This document shows, piece after piece, positions 1-9,347 of a stretch of 53,775 nt of DNA. Position 1 is the stretch's first letter, and the number at the start of each line of letters is the position of its first letter. The notes below the pieces were generated by a model that saw nothing but the letters and a program-made list of their open reading frames with translations, searched no databases and was not told the DNA's origin. The stretch spans positions 1 to 53,775 of IMG/VR virus record IMGVR_UViG_3300024975_000025. The stretch is one strand, 5' to 3'. Source of the stretch: a virus (lineage: Duplodnaviria; Caudoviricetes). Position numbers and translations under genes: made by a program.

Positions 1-1035
1 TCAAAGCGCGGTGCGTTTCGCCACCCTGGAGCGCTCGTAGACCTTGGCCGTCGTGGTCGGGCTGGCGTGCAGGTCGGGAAGCTGGCCGGTCTGTTCCTTG
101 TGCTCGGTCGTGTAGTGCGCGCGCAGGTCGTGGAACGTGAAGCGCCGGGTGATGACCTTCTGCTCCAAGGCCTCGACAACCAGCTTCTGCCACATGGCAG
201 CAAAGCCAGAGTCGGTGTACGGGTTGCCGTTCCGGTTCGGGAAGACGGCGCCCAGTTTGTCGTCCTTGGCGACGCCGCGCAGGCGCTGCAGCAACTCGGC
301 CAGCGCCGGGCTGATGGTGATCCGCTCCACCCGCTCAGCGCCGCCGTGCTGCTTGGCGCGCATCAGGCGGATCTCGGTGTCGCTGACCTGGGACCAGTGC
401 AGGCGCAGGAACTCGGCCTTGCGGCTGCCGGCCAGCGCGCAGAACTCGGCCGCCATGGTGATGACCTTCCACTGCCCGCCCTTGCCGGTTGCGTGCTTCA
501 CCAAGGCGTCGATGTCCGATCGCTCTGGCTTGGCCGTCCGAGGGCGCTCCTTGTTGCGCTTGACCTGGCCGCCGCGGCAGGGGTTGTGCTCGGCCTCGCC
601 GCGCTCGATGGCCAGGCTGACGAGATTGCCCAGCAGCGACACCTCGCGATTGCCGCGGACCATGCCGGCGCGCTCGACGCGCAGGTAGCGCGCCACCATC
701 GGCGCGGTGATGTCGGCGGCCAGCATGTCGCCGAACACGCCCAACAGGGGCGCGCTGTAGGCCTCGTAGTCGGAGCGGGTGCGCTCACCCAGGGCCAGCC
801 AGTCCGGCGACGCCTTGTAGCTCGTCCACAGCGCCTTGACGGTGCCTGTCTCGGCGCCGGCCTTCGACATGGCCAGCACTTTGGCGATGGCCTCGGCCTT
901 GTCCGTGCCCAGCGGCACCGGCTTGCCGCCAATGGGGTGATAGCGGTAGCTGACGGTCTTGCCGTCCTTCCAGGGTCTGGCCTCCATCAGCGGAAGCAGG
1001 CCCTTGGCGCTGGCGCGATCTCTCGGGCGGTTCAT
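1..1035 (-). CDS. int: Tyrosine integrase
   Basis: Catalytic set R (GSRKAE), K, HxxR (FHDLR), H, Y (AKVY); ATG at 1035 overlaps the upstream stop; terminal position. Confidence 0.92.
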   Translation of the reverse strand: MNRPRDRASAKGLLPLMEARPWKDGKTVSYRYHPIGGKPVPLGTDKAEAIAKVLAMSKAGAETGTVKALWTSYKASPDWLALGERTRSDYEAYSAPLLGVFGDMLAADITAPMVARYLRVERAGMVRGNREVSLLGNLVSLAIERGEAEHNPCRGGQVKRNKERPRTAKPERSDIDALVKHATGKGGQWKVITMAAEFCALAGSRKAEFLRLHWSQVSDTEIRLMRAKQHGGAERVERITISPALAELLQRLRGVAKDDKLGAVFPNRNGNPYTDSGFAAMWQKLVVEALEQKVITRRFTFHDLRAHYTTEHKEQTGQLPDLHASPTTTAKVYERSRVAKRTAL

Positions 1036-1253
1036 GCTGCTACGCGGCTCCACTTCGGCCCACGGGCGGGGGCATCATTCTGCGCCTGGGGCTGGCGGCG
1101 CTCCCAATCCACTCGGCGGACCAGCGGCCGTCCATTTGGCTTGCGCTCGACGGGCACCTTGAGGACGTCGCGCAGGAATCTGAACTGAGCGGCGCCTTGC
1201 GTCAGCCCCGCGCAGATGCCGTCGATTTCTTCGTCGGTGAGGAAGGGGAGCAT
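1032..1253 (-). CDS. Excisionase-like small protein (DUF4224-like)
   Basis: 73 aa, FLTDEEI...Q.RFL...P.GRPLV pattern, coupled to int. Confidence 0.75.
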   Translation of the reverse strand: MLPFLTDEEIDGICAGLTQGAAQFRFLRDVLKVPVERKPNGRPLVRRVDWERRQPQAQNDAPARGPKWSRVAA

Positions 1254-1262
1254 GGTCAGGTC

Positions 1263-2288
1263 CTACGCCGCGACCGGCTGCTGATCGTTGGCAGATACCT
1301 GCTTCCACTCAGCGGCAGTCAGCCCACGGTCGTTGAGATAGACGGCCGTCATTTCGGCGTCTTTGTGGCCGAGCAGGGTCTGCACCGTCTCCGCGGCCAT
1401 GCCCTCGGCGATGTAGGTGCGCGCGGACAGCGATCGCACCTCGTGCAGGCTGGGCCACTCGTACTGCTGGTAGGCGTCGAGGCCGCAGGCCTTGACGATC
1501 AGGCCGCGGAAGCGGGCCGACAGGCTCGACATCTCGATGGTCTTGCCGTTGGCCTTGCGCAGCAGGGTCTCGCCCGGCGCGCCGATGGTCTTGCAGTGCT
1601 CGATGACCTCGCCCAGCGTCATGCCGGTGGCATTGAGGCGCAGCGTCAGCGGGATGGCCACGCGGGCACCAGTCGGCTTGCCGGCCTTCTTCTGCTGCTC
1701 CACCCGCAAGCAGCCGTCCACGACATCATCGAAGCGCATCTTGGCCAGGTCGGCGCGCCGCTGGCCGGTGGCCAGGGCCAGCAGTAGCAGGGCCGGCACC
1801 CAGCGCTGATTGCTGTGCCGGGCCAGGTTGAGCATGGCCCGCCATGTCTCCAACGTCAGCCGCTTGCGCAGGCCCGGGGCCTTGGGGCGCTTGACGTGGG
1901 CGGCCGGGCTGGACTCGGCGGCGCCGTTGGCGATGGCCTCGACGTAGACGTCGCGCAGCTCGCCCAGCACGCGGACGGCGGTGTGAGGCGACCACTGCTT
2001 CAGCCTGCTCGAGATGTCGACCGGGCGCACCGCGCGCAGCGGCATCGCGCCCCAGGTGGCGGCGATGTGGTTGATGCTGGTGGTGCGGTTTTTGACCGTC
2101 TGCGGGCTGTAGCCACGCTGGCCGATGATGCTGCGGTAAGTCGTCAGCCACTCGGCCACGGTCGGGCCAGCGACCGGCGCCGGGTCGTTGGCGGCCGGCT
2201 TCGAGACCGGCTCGCCCGCGGGCAGCTGCATGACTGCGATCTGCTGCAGGGCCTGTTTCAGGAGCTTCTTGAGCTTGCGTTTCTTCAT
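1263..2288 (-). CDS. Second tyrosine recombinase, lambda-Int-like core-binding and catalytic domains
   Basis: TGQRRADL, QQKK, PSLHEVRSLSAR, LLGHK, MTAVY resemble lambda Int motifs. Confidence 0.9.
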   Translation of the reverse strand: MKKRKLKKLLKQALQQIAVMQLPAGEPVSKPAANDPAPVAGPTVAEWLTTYRSIIGQRGYSPQTVKNRTTSINHIAATWGAMPLRAVRPVDISSRLKQWSPHTAVRVLGELRDVYVEAIANGAAESSPAAHVKRPKAPGLRKRLTLETWRAMLNLARHSNQRWVPALLLLALATGQRRADLAKMRFDDVVDGCLRVEQQKKAGKPTGARVAIPLTLRLNATGMTLGEVIEHCKTIGAPGETLLRKANGKTIEMSSLSARFRGLIVKACGLDAYQQYEWPSLHEVRSLSARTYIAEGMAAETVQTLLGHKDAEMTAVYLNDRGLTAAEWKQVSANDQQPVAA

Positions 2289-2326
2289 GGTCTAGTTGTG
2301 TTTTGTGCGTGGCAGAGGTATGGGAT

Positions 2327-2560
2327 TCAGGCCGCAATGGCCCTCAGGATTCGAGCGAGCCAACTGCCCAGGTTGAGCCCCACGACGATCAGCGTGGCGC
2401 CGGCAGCAAGGCGCACCAGATTCCAGTGCCAGTCACGGAACCCGTGCTCAAAAAGGAACGCGCTGAAGGTCAGCACGCTCCCGCCGAGCAGCGCGGCGCA
2501 AGCAAACACGGCGAGCAGCACGCAACCGAATTGCAGGGCGAGCTTGTGAAAAGTGTTCAT
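2327..2560 (-). CDS. Small two-TM membrane protein
   Basis: Two hydrophobic stretches; ATG at 2560. Confidence 0.55.
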   Translation of the reverse strand: MNTFHKLALQFGCVLLAVFACAALLGGSVLTFSAFLFEHGFRDWHWNLVRLAAGATLIVVGLNLGSWLARILRAIAA

Positions 2561-2588
2561 GGCGATGTCCGGGTGCAGGGGATGGAGT

Positions 2589-2969
2589 TCAGGCAGCGAC
2601 GGACGCTGCTGCCCGGTGCGCGTCAGCCTCTTCGCGTGTCGCAAGTTCGAAGCGAGGGTGCCTCTCGCCGTCAGGGGTCACAACCTCGAAGTGATGCAGC
2701 CGGAAGAAGCCGCCCAGCGTCCAATCGCAGGGCTTGCCGTCAGGCTCACGACGTGGCGACGACGCGCCGGTGAAGCGCCCGATGCAGGAGAAGGCGAGAT
2801 AGCGCTCGACCTCATCAAACGTGCTGCCGGCGCCTGCTGCGATCAGGTCGCGCGCCGACTGGAGCGTCTTGCACATCGGGCAGCGGAAAACGATCTGATC
2901 GTGCGACGGGGCCTGCGCCTTGCAGGCAGCCTGGAACTCGTCCAGGGTCATGCTCTTGATCTTGCTCAT
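2589..2969 (-). CDS. Cys-rich phage protein (VVA0879-like)
   Basis: FRCPMC...FSCIGRF...CDWTLGG pattern. Confidence 0.65.
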   Translation of the reverse strand: MSKIKSMTLDEFQAACKAQAPSHDQIVFRCPMCKTLQSARDLIAAGAGSTFDEVERYLAFSCIGRFTGASSPRREPDGKPCDWTLGGFFRLHHFEVVTPDGERHPRFELATREEADAHRAAASVAA

Positions 2970-3004
2970 TGGTCAGTTCCAGGTGCGGCAATGAGGTATG
3001 GGAA

Positions 3005-3691
3005 TCAGGCGGCCAGCAGCATCGCTGCGCTGGCCTTGATGGCTTCGGCCCAGGCCAGGGCCAGGGGGTAGGGAACGGCGTCGGCCAGCCCGTGCTGGAG
3101 CTGCACGCACGGGAAAGGCAGGTCGGCGGCGGCCGGGTAGCCCTGCAACTTGGCGCCGCGCTTCGGGCCGTAGATGCGGCCAGCCACCACGCTGTAAGCC
3201 ATCAGGTCGTCCACGCTGCCGCGATAGACCGGCTTGGGCGGGATGATGTTGGGCGAGTGCGTGAACCAGCGGCTGCGCGACTGGTGCGGCTGGTAGAAGT
3301 GCATCGCGTTGCAGCGCGTCGCTACACACTCACGGTCCAGATTGATGGGGCACACGTTCTCAAAGGTGAACCAGTCCCAGCCCACGGCGGCCAGCAGGTT
3401 GTCCACCAGCGGCGTCAAGTCCGGGAATTTCGGGTTGCGGATGGTGCGCAGCTTGCTGTGTGCCTGGCAGGACGGGCCGCCGATGATCCCGTCGAAGCGC
3501 TGGCCGCGCACGGCGCTGGGAAGATCGGCCAAGTCATACACCAGCGGTTCACCGCCGCACAGCGCCTTGTGCATGGCGCGCTTTGACGGGTCTATTTCGC
3601 AGCCCGGCACGACTTCGAAACCAGCATCCATGAAGGCGCGGTCCAGCAGGCCCATGCCGGTGCAAATGGAGAGAACGAGGGGCTTTTTCAT
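3005..3691 (-). CDS. Compact C5-cytosine DNA methyltransferase
   Basis: Motif I (SICTGMG), IV (GGPSCQ), VI (FENV), VIII (QSRSR), IX/X (LQGYP...ADAVP). Confidence 0.8.
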   Translation of the reverse strand: MKKPLVLSICTGMGLLDRAFMDAGFEVVPGCEIDPSKRAMHKALCGGEPLVYDLADLPSAVRGQRFDGIIGGPSCQAHSKLRTIRNPKFPDLTPLVDNLLAAVGWDWFTFENVCPINLDRECVATRCNAMHFYQPHQSRSRWFTHSPNIIPPKPVYRGSVDDLMAYSVVAGRIYGPKRGAKLQGYPAAADLPFPCVQLQHGLADAVPYPLALAWAEAIKASAAMLLAA

Positions 3692-3718
3692 TTCGATGTG
3701 CGACCGGCGGGTATGGGA

Positions 3719-3976
3719 TCAGGCGACTTCGGCCGGCAGGCCGACAGGTCGGCGCCAGTCGGTGTTGCGCGGGGCGGTCTGCTTGACCAGGCCAACAAGG
3801 TCGTCGAAGTGCTTCTGCGCCTTGTTTGCCTCGTTGACCGCGTACGTCTCTTCGCGTTGGGCCACGGCCAGGCGGTCACGCACGATGGCCAGTTGGTCGT
3901 TGGCGACAGCCACCGCCGCGACGGCGTTGGCAAGCTGGGTGTTGAGACTGCCCTTGCTGGAGTCGATGTCGGTCAT
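3719..3976 (-). CDS. Coiled-coil hypothetical protein
   Basis: AGGAGGT RBS before ATG 3976. Confidence 0.65.
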   Translation of the reverse strand: MTDIDSSKGSLNTQLANAVAAVAVANDQLAIVRDRLAVAQREETYAVNEANKAQKHFDDLVGLVKQTAPRNTDWRRPVGLPAEVA

Positions 3977-4010
3977 GGCTTTACCTCCTGTGAGTCGATG
4001 GGAAAGTTGG

Positions 4011-4358
4011 TCATGAGAATTCCCCGGTGATGTAGTCCCAGGTGCCATCGCCGTGGCCGAGGCAATGCCCGCCGTCAACGACGTGCCGAGACGGCATCCC
4101 ATCGCGCCAGCGCCGCTGCGTGATGACCCGCTCCATCTCTTCGCGCGTCACCTTCTCGCCGTACTCGTTGCGGATGCTGGAGCCGGGCTGCGTCCACAGC
4201 GCCCGCCAGTCGTCCAGGGTGTTGATGCTGTCCTCGGGGACCACATGGAGCGCGAAGCACCATCCGCCGCTGCTCTTGCCGATGTGCAGCTCTTCGCCGC
4301 GAGGCTTGCCGCAGCACTCGCACGGCGGCTCGGTGTGCAGGTAGTAGTTCGTGCCCAT
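4011..4358 (-). CDS. Phage hypothetical protein (MGTNYY...HIGKSSGGW type)
   Basis: ATG coupled to upstream stop; CxCC motif; pattern typical of phage early genes. Confidence 0.7.
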   Translation of the reverse strand: MGTNYYLHTEPPCECCGKPRGEELHIGKSSGGWCFALHVVPEDSINTLDDWRALWTQPGSSIRNEYGEKVTREEMERVITQRRWRDGMPSRHVVDGGHCLGHGDGTWDYITGEFS

Positions 4359-5422
4359 CACGCACCTCCCGTGGGTTGTACCGGGGGCTTCGATTCGGCC
4401 ATTGCTGCGTCTATGCAGGCGCGAACGTCTCGGTTGACCGAGCAATGCCAGCCGCCAAACATGAACGCATGGCGCGTGCCGTGTTCGTCGCGACCGTCAG
4501 GGACGAGGGAGATCGTTGCTTGCCGCTTTTGCAGGTAGTCCAACCGCCTTGTGTCGTCGTCGGCCTGCTGTGCCACCTTGGCGTTGGCTGCCGCCCGGAT
4601 GTGGCCGCCAGTGTCCTGGCGCCCATCGCCAGCCCCTACTGCGGGGGACGGGACGGGGACGGCGGCAAGGGCGTCATCGATGACCTTGACGACGCCGGCC
4701 GGCAGCGGCTCAATGCCGTCGCGGCGGCACTCGAAGTCGAAGCGTTGCAGTCGCTCCAACGCTGCGACCGCAGGATGTGCAGGCGCGGGGGCTTGGGTTG
4801 CCGCTTGTGCCTGTTCGATCGTTTCTCGCTCGCGCCGCTCGGCCTTCTGCTTCGCACCGAGCAGCGCCGCGTTTGACCGATGCAGCCGCTCGTTCTCAGC
4901 CTCCAGCCTGCGGCACAGTGCAAGAGCGTCCCCGTAGGCGGGCGTGCGCTCCTGGCCGAGCGCGACCCGGGCGCGTTCCAGCTCATCGGCAAGCCCCGTC
5001 CCCTTGGGCTGCACATTGGCCGCCAGGACGGCGCGGGCGAACTGGATCAGCTCAGGTCGGCTTTGCGGCAGGCGCGTGCGGTGCTGCTGGGTGGCGATGA
5101 GGTCGATCTGCTCGTCCGTCAAAGCCCCCTCTGCTGGGGCTGCGTTTGTTTTCTCACCGGCTGGAAAACAACGGGGCTGCCCCAGGGAGTTGTTATCCAC
5201 GGGAGCTGCCTGTGCTGCAACATCTTTGGCGATGGCGGCGTCGATCTCCTGCACGCGCTCCAACGCCAGGTTGGCGAAGTTGTTGCGCGAGCAGCGCCGC
5301 GCGTCTGCTTGGCAACCGAGGTCGACCAACGCCAGGTTGGCGAAGTTGTTGCGCGAGCGGCTTTCGAAGCTGGACAGCAGATCGCGGCATTCGAGCAGTT
5401 CGGCAATCAGGTCAGCGGTCAT
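4358..5422 (-). CDS. Mosaic early-region protein with internal duplication
   Basis: 354 aa; SRNNFANLAL twice; LTDEQI and DTRRLDYL modules. Confidence 0.7.
   Translation of the reverse strand: MTADLIAELLECRDLLSSFESRSRNNFANLALVDLGCQADARRCSRNNFANLALERVQEIDAAIAKDVAAQAAPVDNNSLGQPRCFPAGEKTNAAPAEGALTDEQIDLIATQQHRTRLPQSRPELIQFARAVLAANVQPKGTGLADELERARVALGQERTPAYGDALALCRRLEAENERLHRSNAALLGAKQKAERRERETIEQAQAATQAPAPAHPAVAALERLQRFDFECRRDGIEPLPAGVVKVIDDALAAVPVPSPAVGAGDGRQDTGGHIRAAANAKVAQQADDDTRRLDYLQKRQATISLVPDGRDEHGTRHAFMFGGWHCSVNRDVRACIDAAMAESKPPVQPTGGA
5260..5358. repeat. 33-bp perfect direct repeat with 33-bp spacer
   Basis: CCAACGCCAGGTTGGCGAAGTTGTTGCGCGAGC at 5260-5292 and 5326-5358. Confidence 0.9.
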
Positions 5423-6380
5423 TGGCAGGCTCCTTGGTCTGCGGTGCGAGGATGCCGTGGGCGGCCTCGACCACGCGCACGATGCGGCGGAATGCCTCGC
5501 GGCTGCGGGCGTCTTGCTGGGCGCTGGGCGGCACGTTGGCGTACAGGCGATCTACCTGGGCGTCTGTCAGCACCTCGGGCGCTTCCTGGGGTGCCGCATC
5601 AGCCCTGCCCCGCGCCTCGCAGATCGGGCATAACTTGCTTTGCTGGTCGTCGGGCGCTGCCTTGAGCTGCGCTTCGAGGGCCTTGCTCCACTCCCACGCC
5701 TCGCGGGACAGTGCAGCAACCTGGGCGCGCAGCGACTTGTTCTCGGCCTCCAGCTCGGGCGCTGCCTGGGGCTGGGCGGCAAGAGCGGCGCGCACTATGC
5801 GGCACAGCCAAGCCGTTTCCGGCTCACGGGCGCGACGGGGATGCGTTGATGCAAGCTCGGCAATCTGCTGATCAGTCAGCGACAGTGACTGCTCGGGCTG
5901 GGCGGCAAGGGCGGCGCGCAAGGCATTCCAGCCGCTGACCCATTCGTCGGTGACAGCCAAACGGTTGGTGTTCGCAAAGGCCCGGCCATCGACCAGCAAG
6001 CCGGCGCTGGTTGCCACATACGGCGCCACCGGCTCGGCCACCTGGGGCTGGGCGGCAAGGGCCTCGGCCACGACTCGCCGGCCTTGGTCGCAAGCGCTCG
6101 ACAGGTCGGCGTACACGTCGGATGCCACGGGCAGGGGCGTCTTGAACAAGTAGCGCTCGGCGCGCTCGGCGGATTGCAAAAGCTGGTCGAACTCGTGCAG
6201 CAGGCCGGGCGCTTGTCCACCCTCAGGGGCTTGGATCGCAGCGGTCAGGCCGGCGACGCTCGCTGTCTGCGCCGTCTCCTGCTCAGTCATGCCGTTGAGC
6301 AGCTCGGGCGGCAGGTCGGCGATGGCGGCGGCTTCTGCGGCTTGCACCTGGGCGGCGCGGATCTTGTGCAGGTCGGTCAT
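5412..6380 (-). CDS. Mosaic early-region protein with ALAAQP linkers
   Basis: 322 aa; ALAAQP three times; LTD.QI modules. Confidence 0.7.
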   Translation of the reverse strand: MTDLHKIRAAQVQAAEAAAIADLPPELLNGMTEQETAQTASVAGLTAAIQAPEGGQAPGLLHEFDQLLQSAERAERYLFKTPLPVASDVYADLSSACDQGRRVVAEALAAQPQVAEPVAPYVATSAGLLVDGRAFANTNRLAVTDEWVSGWNALRAALAAQPEQSLSLTDQQIAELASTHPRRAREPETAWLCRIVRAALAAQPQAAPELEAENKSLRAQVAALSREAWEWSKALEAQLKAAPDDQQSKLCPICEARGRADAAPQEAPEVLTDAQVDRLYANVPPSAQQDARSREAFRRIVRVVEAAHGILAPQTKEPANDR

Positions 6381-6760
6381 GCTTGTGCTCCCGTGGCCTT
6401 GATGAGGACGGTGCGGGCTTCCTTGATCGCAGCGGCCTCGCCGTCGTTCATGTCGCCCCAGGCGAAAGCGGTGACCATCGTGGCCAGCGCCTGCAGCAGC
6501 TCGGGAGCGGCGGCGATCAGACGGGCGTTGGCGTCGGTGACTTGCCTCGGGATACCGCCAGCGAGCGACGGGTGCGGATCACGCTGAGTCACGCTGCCGA
6601 TGCGCTGGTAGTAGTCGCGCGTTGACGGCGCTGCGTCAGATCCGACGTAGACGCCGCCTGTTGCCTTGATGGTCAGGCAGTTGGCGCCCAGGTCTTCGAC
6701 GACCCACGGGCCGGGCGTGTGCCTGGCCGGTGCAGGCTGGGGGGATGATTTTTCGGTCAT
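6377..6760 (-). CDS. Phage protein of HTPGPW...ANARLIAAAPELL type
   Basis: Characteristic terminal motifs; coupled to next gene. Confidence 0.75.
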   Translation of the reverse strand: MTEKSSPQPAPARHTPGPWVVEDLGANCLTIKATGGVYVGSDAAPSTRDYYQRIGSVTQRDPHPSLAGGIPRQVTDANARLIAAAPELLQALATMVTAFAWGDMNDGEAAAIKEARTVLIKATGAQA

Positions 6761-6763
6761 GGC

Positions 6764-7360
6764 TCAGTCCTCCAGGCTCGCGCGCAGCGCCTTCACCCAC
6801 GCCGTCCGGCCGCTGGTGCGCTCAACCTCTGCTGCCTGCTCCTTCTGGTGGTAGGCCAGATCGCGCTCCAGCATCGCCAGGCGCCGTGCGGCCCACTGCT
6901 CGCCGGTCATCCTGGGCGTCGGCGTGGAGTAGTAGGACTCATCGCAGTCGAAGTCGATGCTTTGGGCGATCTGGCTGTGCATGAACTCCTTCAGGCCGTC
7001 ATGCTCGGGCGTCGGCGGCGCCCAGGCTTTGACCTTGGCGAGCATGTCCTCGTAGGCCTTGCGCTGGGCGCGCATCTCATCAAGGCGGGCGATCCTTTGC
7101 GTCTCAGCATCTCCCCAAGCCTTCGAGGCTTCGCGCATGTGCTGCGAGGGCGACAGCGCTCGGAACTCAGCCAGCGCGGCCTGGGCCTTCTCAATCTGCT
7201 GCGCGTGGTAGTCGCTGGGCTCGAAGGCATCGGGGATCTTGTCGCCGCCGCCCGGCTCGTCGCGGAGCATGACGCAGGCGCCGAACGCACGGGCGCAGTT
7301 CATGGCAAAGGTTGCGAAGGTGATGCCGTCCTTGATGTCGGCGGTGTATCCGGTGGGCAT
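6764..7360 (-). CDS. Phage hypothetical protein (MPTGYT type)
   Basis: 198 aa; AAGGA RBS. Confidence 0.75.
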   Translation of the reverse strand: MPTGYTADIKDGITFATFAMNCARAFGACVMLRDEPGGGDKIPDAFEPSDYHAQQIEKAQAALAEFRALSPSQHMREASKAWGDAETQRIARLDEMRAQRKAYEDMLAKVKAWAPPTPEHDGLKEFMHSQIAQSIDFDCDESYYSTPTPRMTGEQWAARRLAMLERDLAYHQKEQAAEVERTSGRTAWVKALRASLED

Positions 7361-7426
7361 GGCGGTCCTTGTTGGGTTAGCGCGATGTGCTCGCGGAGGG
7401 GATGGGTTTCACTGGCTTCTGGCAGC

Positions 7427-7510
7427 TCACTGCTGAACTCCCCATGCCACCCATACGGCAGCAGCCAGGATGGCGATGAACGCTGTAGCGATGAGGCGGA
7501 TTGCGCGCAT
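7427..7510 (-). CDS. 27-aa single-TM peptide
   Basis: MRAIRLIATAFIAILAAAVWVAWGVQQ starts 1 nt after the upstream stop. Confidence 0.45.
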   Translation of the reverse strand: MRAIRLIATAFIAILAAAVWVAWGVQQ

Positions 7511-7511
7511 G

Positions 7512-9347
7512 TCAGGCCGCCTTCTTCGCTTCGCTGCCCAGCAGCAGGACGTGGGCGCTGATGGCCTCGCAGATGGCCGGGAACAGCGACGGGCGGTAGA
7601 GGCGGGAGGCCTTCTCCTTGTGCGCCTCGAAGCCCAGGCCGGCCAGGAAGTCGGCGCGGACATCGAAACCCAGGCGGGCGCTGATCTGGCCCAGGGTCAT
7701 GGTGGGCAGCTCGTTGGCAGGCGCGGCGCGCGTGAAGGCGCGGACCTCGGGAGCTGGTGCTGCTGCAGGTGCTGAAACATGGGCCAGCTCCTCCGCAACC
7801 CGCGCCGTTGCTGGGGTTGCGGCTGGTGCTGATGCCTGCTGCTCGACCAGCGACGTGCGCAGCGCGGCAGCATGGTCGTTCTCGCGCTGAATGCGCTTGG
7901 ACTCTTCCTGAGCAGCGGCGCGTGCTTCGTCATCGGCCTTGGCCTTCGCCTCGGCTTCCTCGCGGGCCTTCGTAGCTGCGGCCTCGCGCTCCAGGCGGGC
8001 GGCCTCTTCGGCGCGGATGCGCTCGCGCTCAGCCTGCAGGCGCTTGGCCTCGGCCGCCTCATGATCAGCGATGCGCAGCTTCACCAGGGCCGTCAGGTCC
8101 TCGGGCTGCTTCTGGATGATCTGCGCGGTGTCGGCGAAGAGGAAAGCGTGGGAGCCGGCCAGTTCGCGCAGGGTGCCGAGGTTGATCTGCAGGCGGTCGG
8201 CGACGGTGTTCGCCTCAATCTTGGCGCGCGCCAGCTCAGTGTTGGCCGCGTCGCGCAGGCTGGCCACCGTCTTCTTGCCCTTGATGACGCCAGCGAAGTC
8301 GGTAGCGATGGGCGGCATGTAGGGCTTGCCCAGGCGCAAATTGAGGCTGGCGATGTGCCCCTGAAAGGCGTCCTTCGCCTCCTGCACGATCTCGACCTTG
8401 ATCTGCTCCTTGCGGGCCTTCACGATCTTCTCCAGCATCAGGCGCGTGCTGCGCGCCAGGCCGGCGTAGTCGGCGACGGAGCGGCGCATTTCCTCAATGC
8501 TGGCGGTCTGGGCCAGGGCATTCGCCTCGGCTTGCTCCAGCGCGTCCTGCGCGGTCTGGAGGGTCTTGATGGCGGCCTCTGCATCAGCAAAGGCCTGATC
8601 GGTGCTTGGGTTCTTGTCCAGCTTCTCGACGAAGGCGCGGAGCTTGGCGCCGAACAGGTCGAGGTTGCTGATGACAGCGATGCTGCCTTCCATGCGCACG
8701 GCCACGGCCGGCAGGGATTCGGTCGGCGTGGGCATGACGACCTCGGCAGCAACGGGCGCCTGATAGGCGGCGACGTCGGCCATGAACTGCTTCCAGGTCG
8801 GGATGATCTTGGCGCGCAGCTCGGGGTTGGACTCGTACCATGCATGGCGCATGGTTTCGCGGTCACCGTTGGAGGCCATGAACAGGCAGCGGGAGGCGCC
8901 CGACAGCATCAGGCCCTGCTCCATCTGCGGGTGGTATTCCTCAGGGATGACGCCCGCGTCCAGGCTGGCGGCCAGCGTGGCGGAGAGCAGTTTGTGCTCC
9001 CAGGTGTTGTCGGGCATCAGGTCCTGACCATCCAGCGAGGCGGACAGCGGCAGGCCTTCAACCTCGGCGGCCAGGACGGCGGGATAGAGGATGTCGCCGA
9101 CGATCTCCTCGCCCCAGGGGCGGGCGATGGCTTCGGCCGCGTGGCCCTTGTCGAAGCGGCGCTGCGTGTCGGGCGTCACCTCGGGCTCGACGCCCGTAGC
9201 CTTCTCGGCGATCAGCTGGTCACGGGTCTTGTACTTCGACAGGCCCATGGCGATGGCGAGTTCGCTGGCGTTGAGCGACTGGGCACGGTGGCGCTTCCAC
9301 GCCTCGGAGCCTTGCGGGTAGTCGACGACGGTTGCCTTGATTCTCAT
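7512..9347 (-). CDS. YqaJ/lambda-exonuclease-like protein with long coiled-coil C-terminus
   Basis: QGSEAW...R...LNASE, G...E, SASLDG, WEHK, HPQMEQ; ATG 9347 coupled to HNH stop. Confidence 0.88.
   Translation of the reverse strand: MRIKATVVDYPQGSEAWKRHRAQSLNASELAIAMGLSKYKTRDQLIAEKATGVEPEVTPDTQRRFDKGHAAEAIARPWGEEIVGDILYPAVLAAEVEGLPLSASLDGQDLMPDNTWEHKLLSATLAASLDAGVIPEEYHPQMEQGLMLSGASRCLFMASNGDRETMRHAWYESNPELRAKIIPTWKQFMADVAAYQAPVAAEVVMPTPTESLPAVAVRMEGSIAVISNLDLFGAKLRAFVEKLDKNPSTDQAFADAEAAIKTLQTAQDALEQAEANALAQTASIEEMRRSVADYAGLARSTRLMLEKIVKARKEQIKVEIVQEAKDAFQGHIASLNLRLGKPYMPPIATDFAGVIKGKKTVASLRDAANTELARAKIEANTVADRLQINLGTLRELAGSHAFLFADTAQIIQKQPEDLTALVKLRIADHEAAEAKRLQAERERIRAEEAARLEREAAATKAREEAEAKAKADDEARAAAQEESKRIQRENDHAAALRTSLVEQQASAPAATPATARVAEELAHVSAPAAAPAPEVRAFTRAAPANELPTMTLGQISARLGFDVRADFLAGLGFEAHKEKASRLYRPSLFPAICEAISAHVLLLGSEAKKAA

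Noticed and set aside
5260-5358. CRISPR array
   Set aside because: Only two repeats, in frame within a CDS, with no cas genes, leader or typical repeat end
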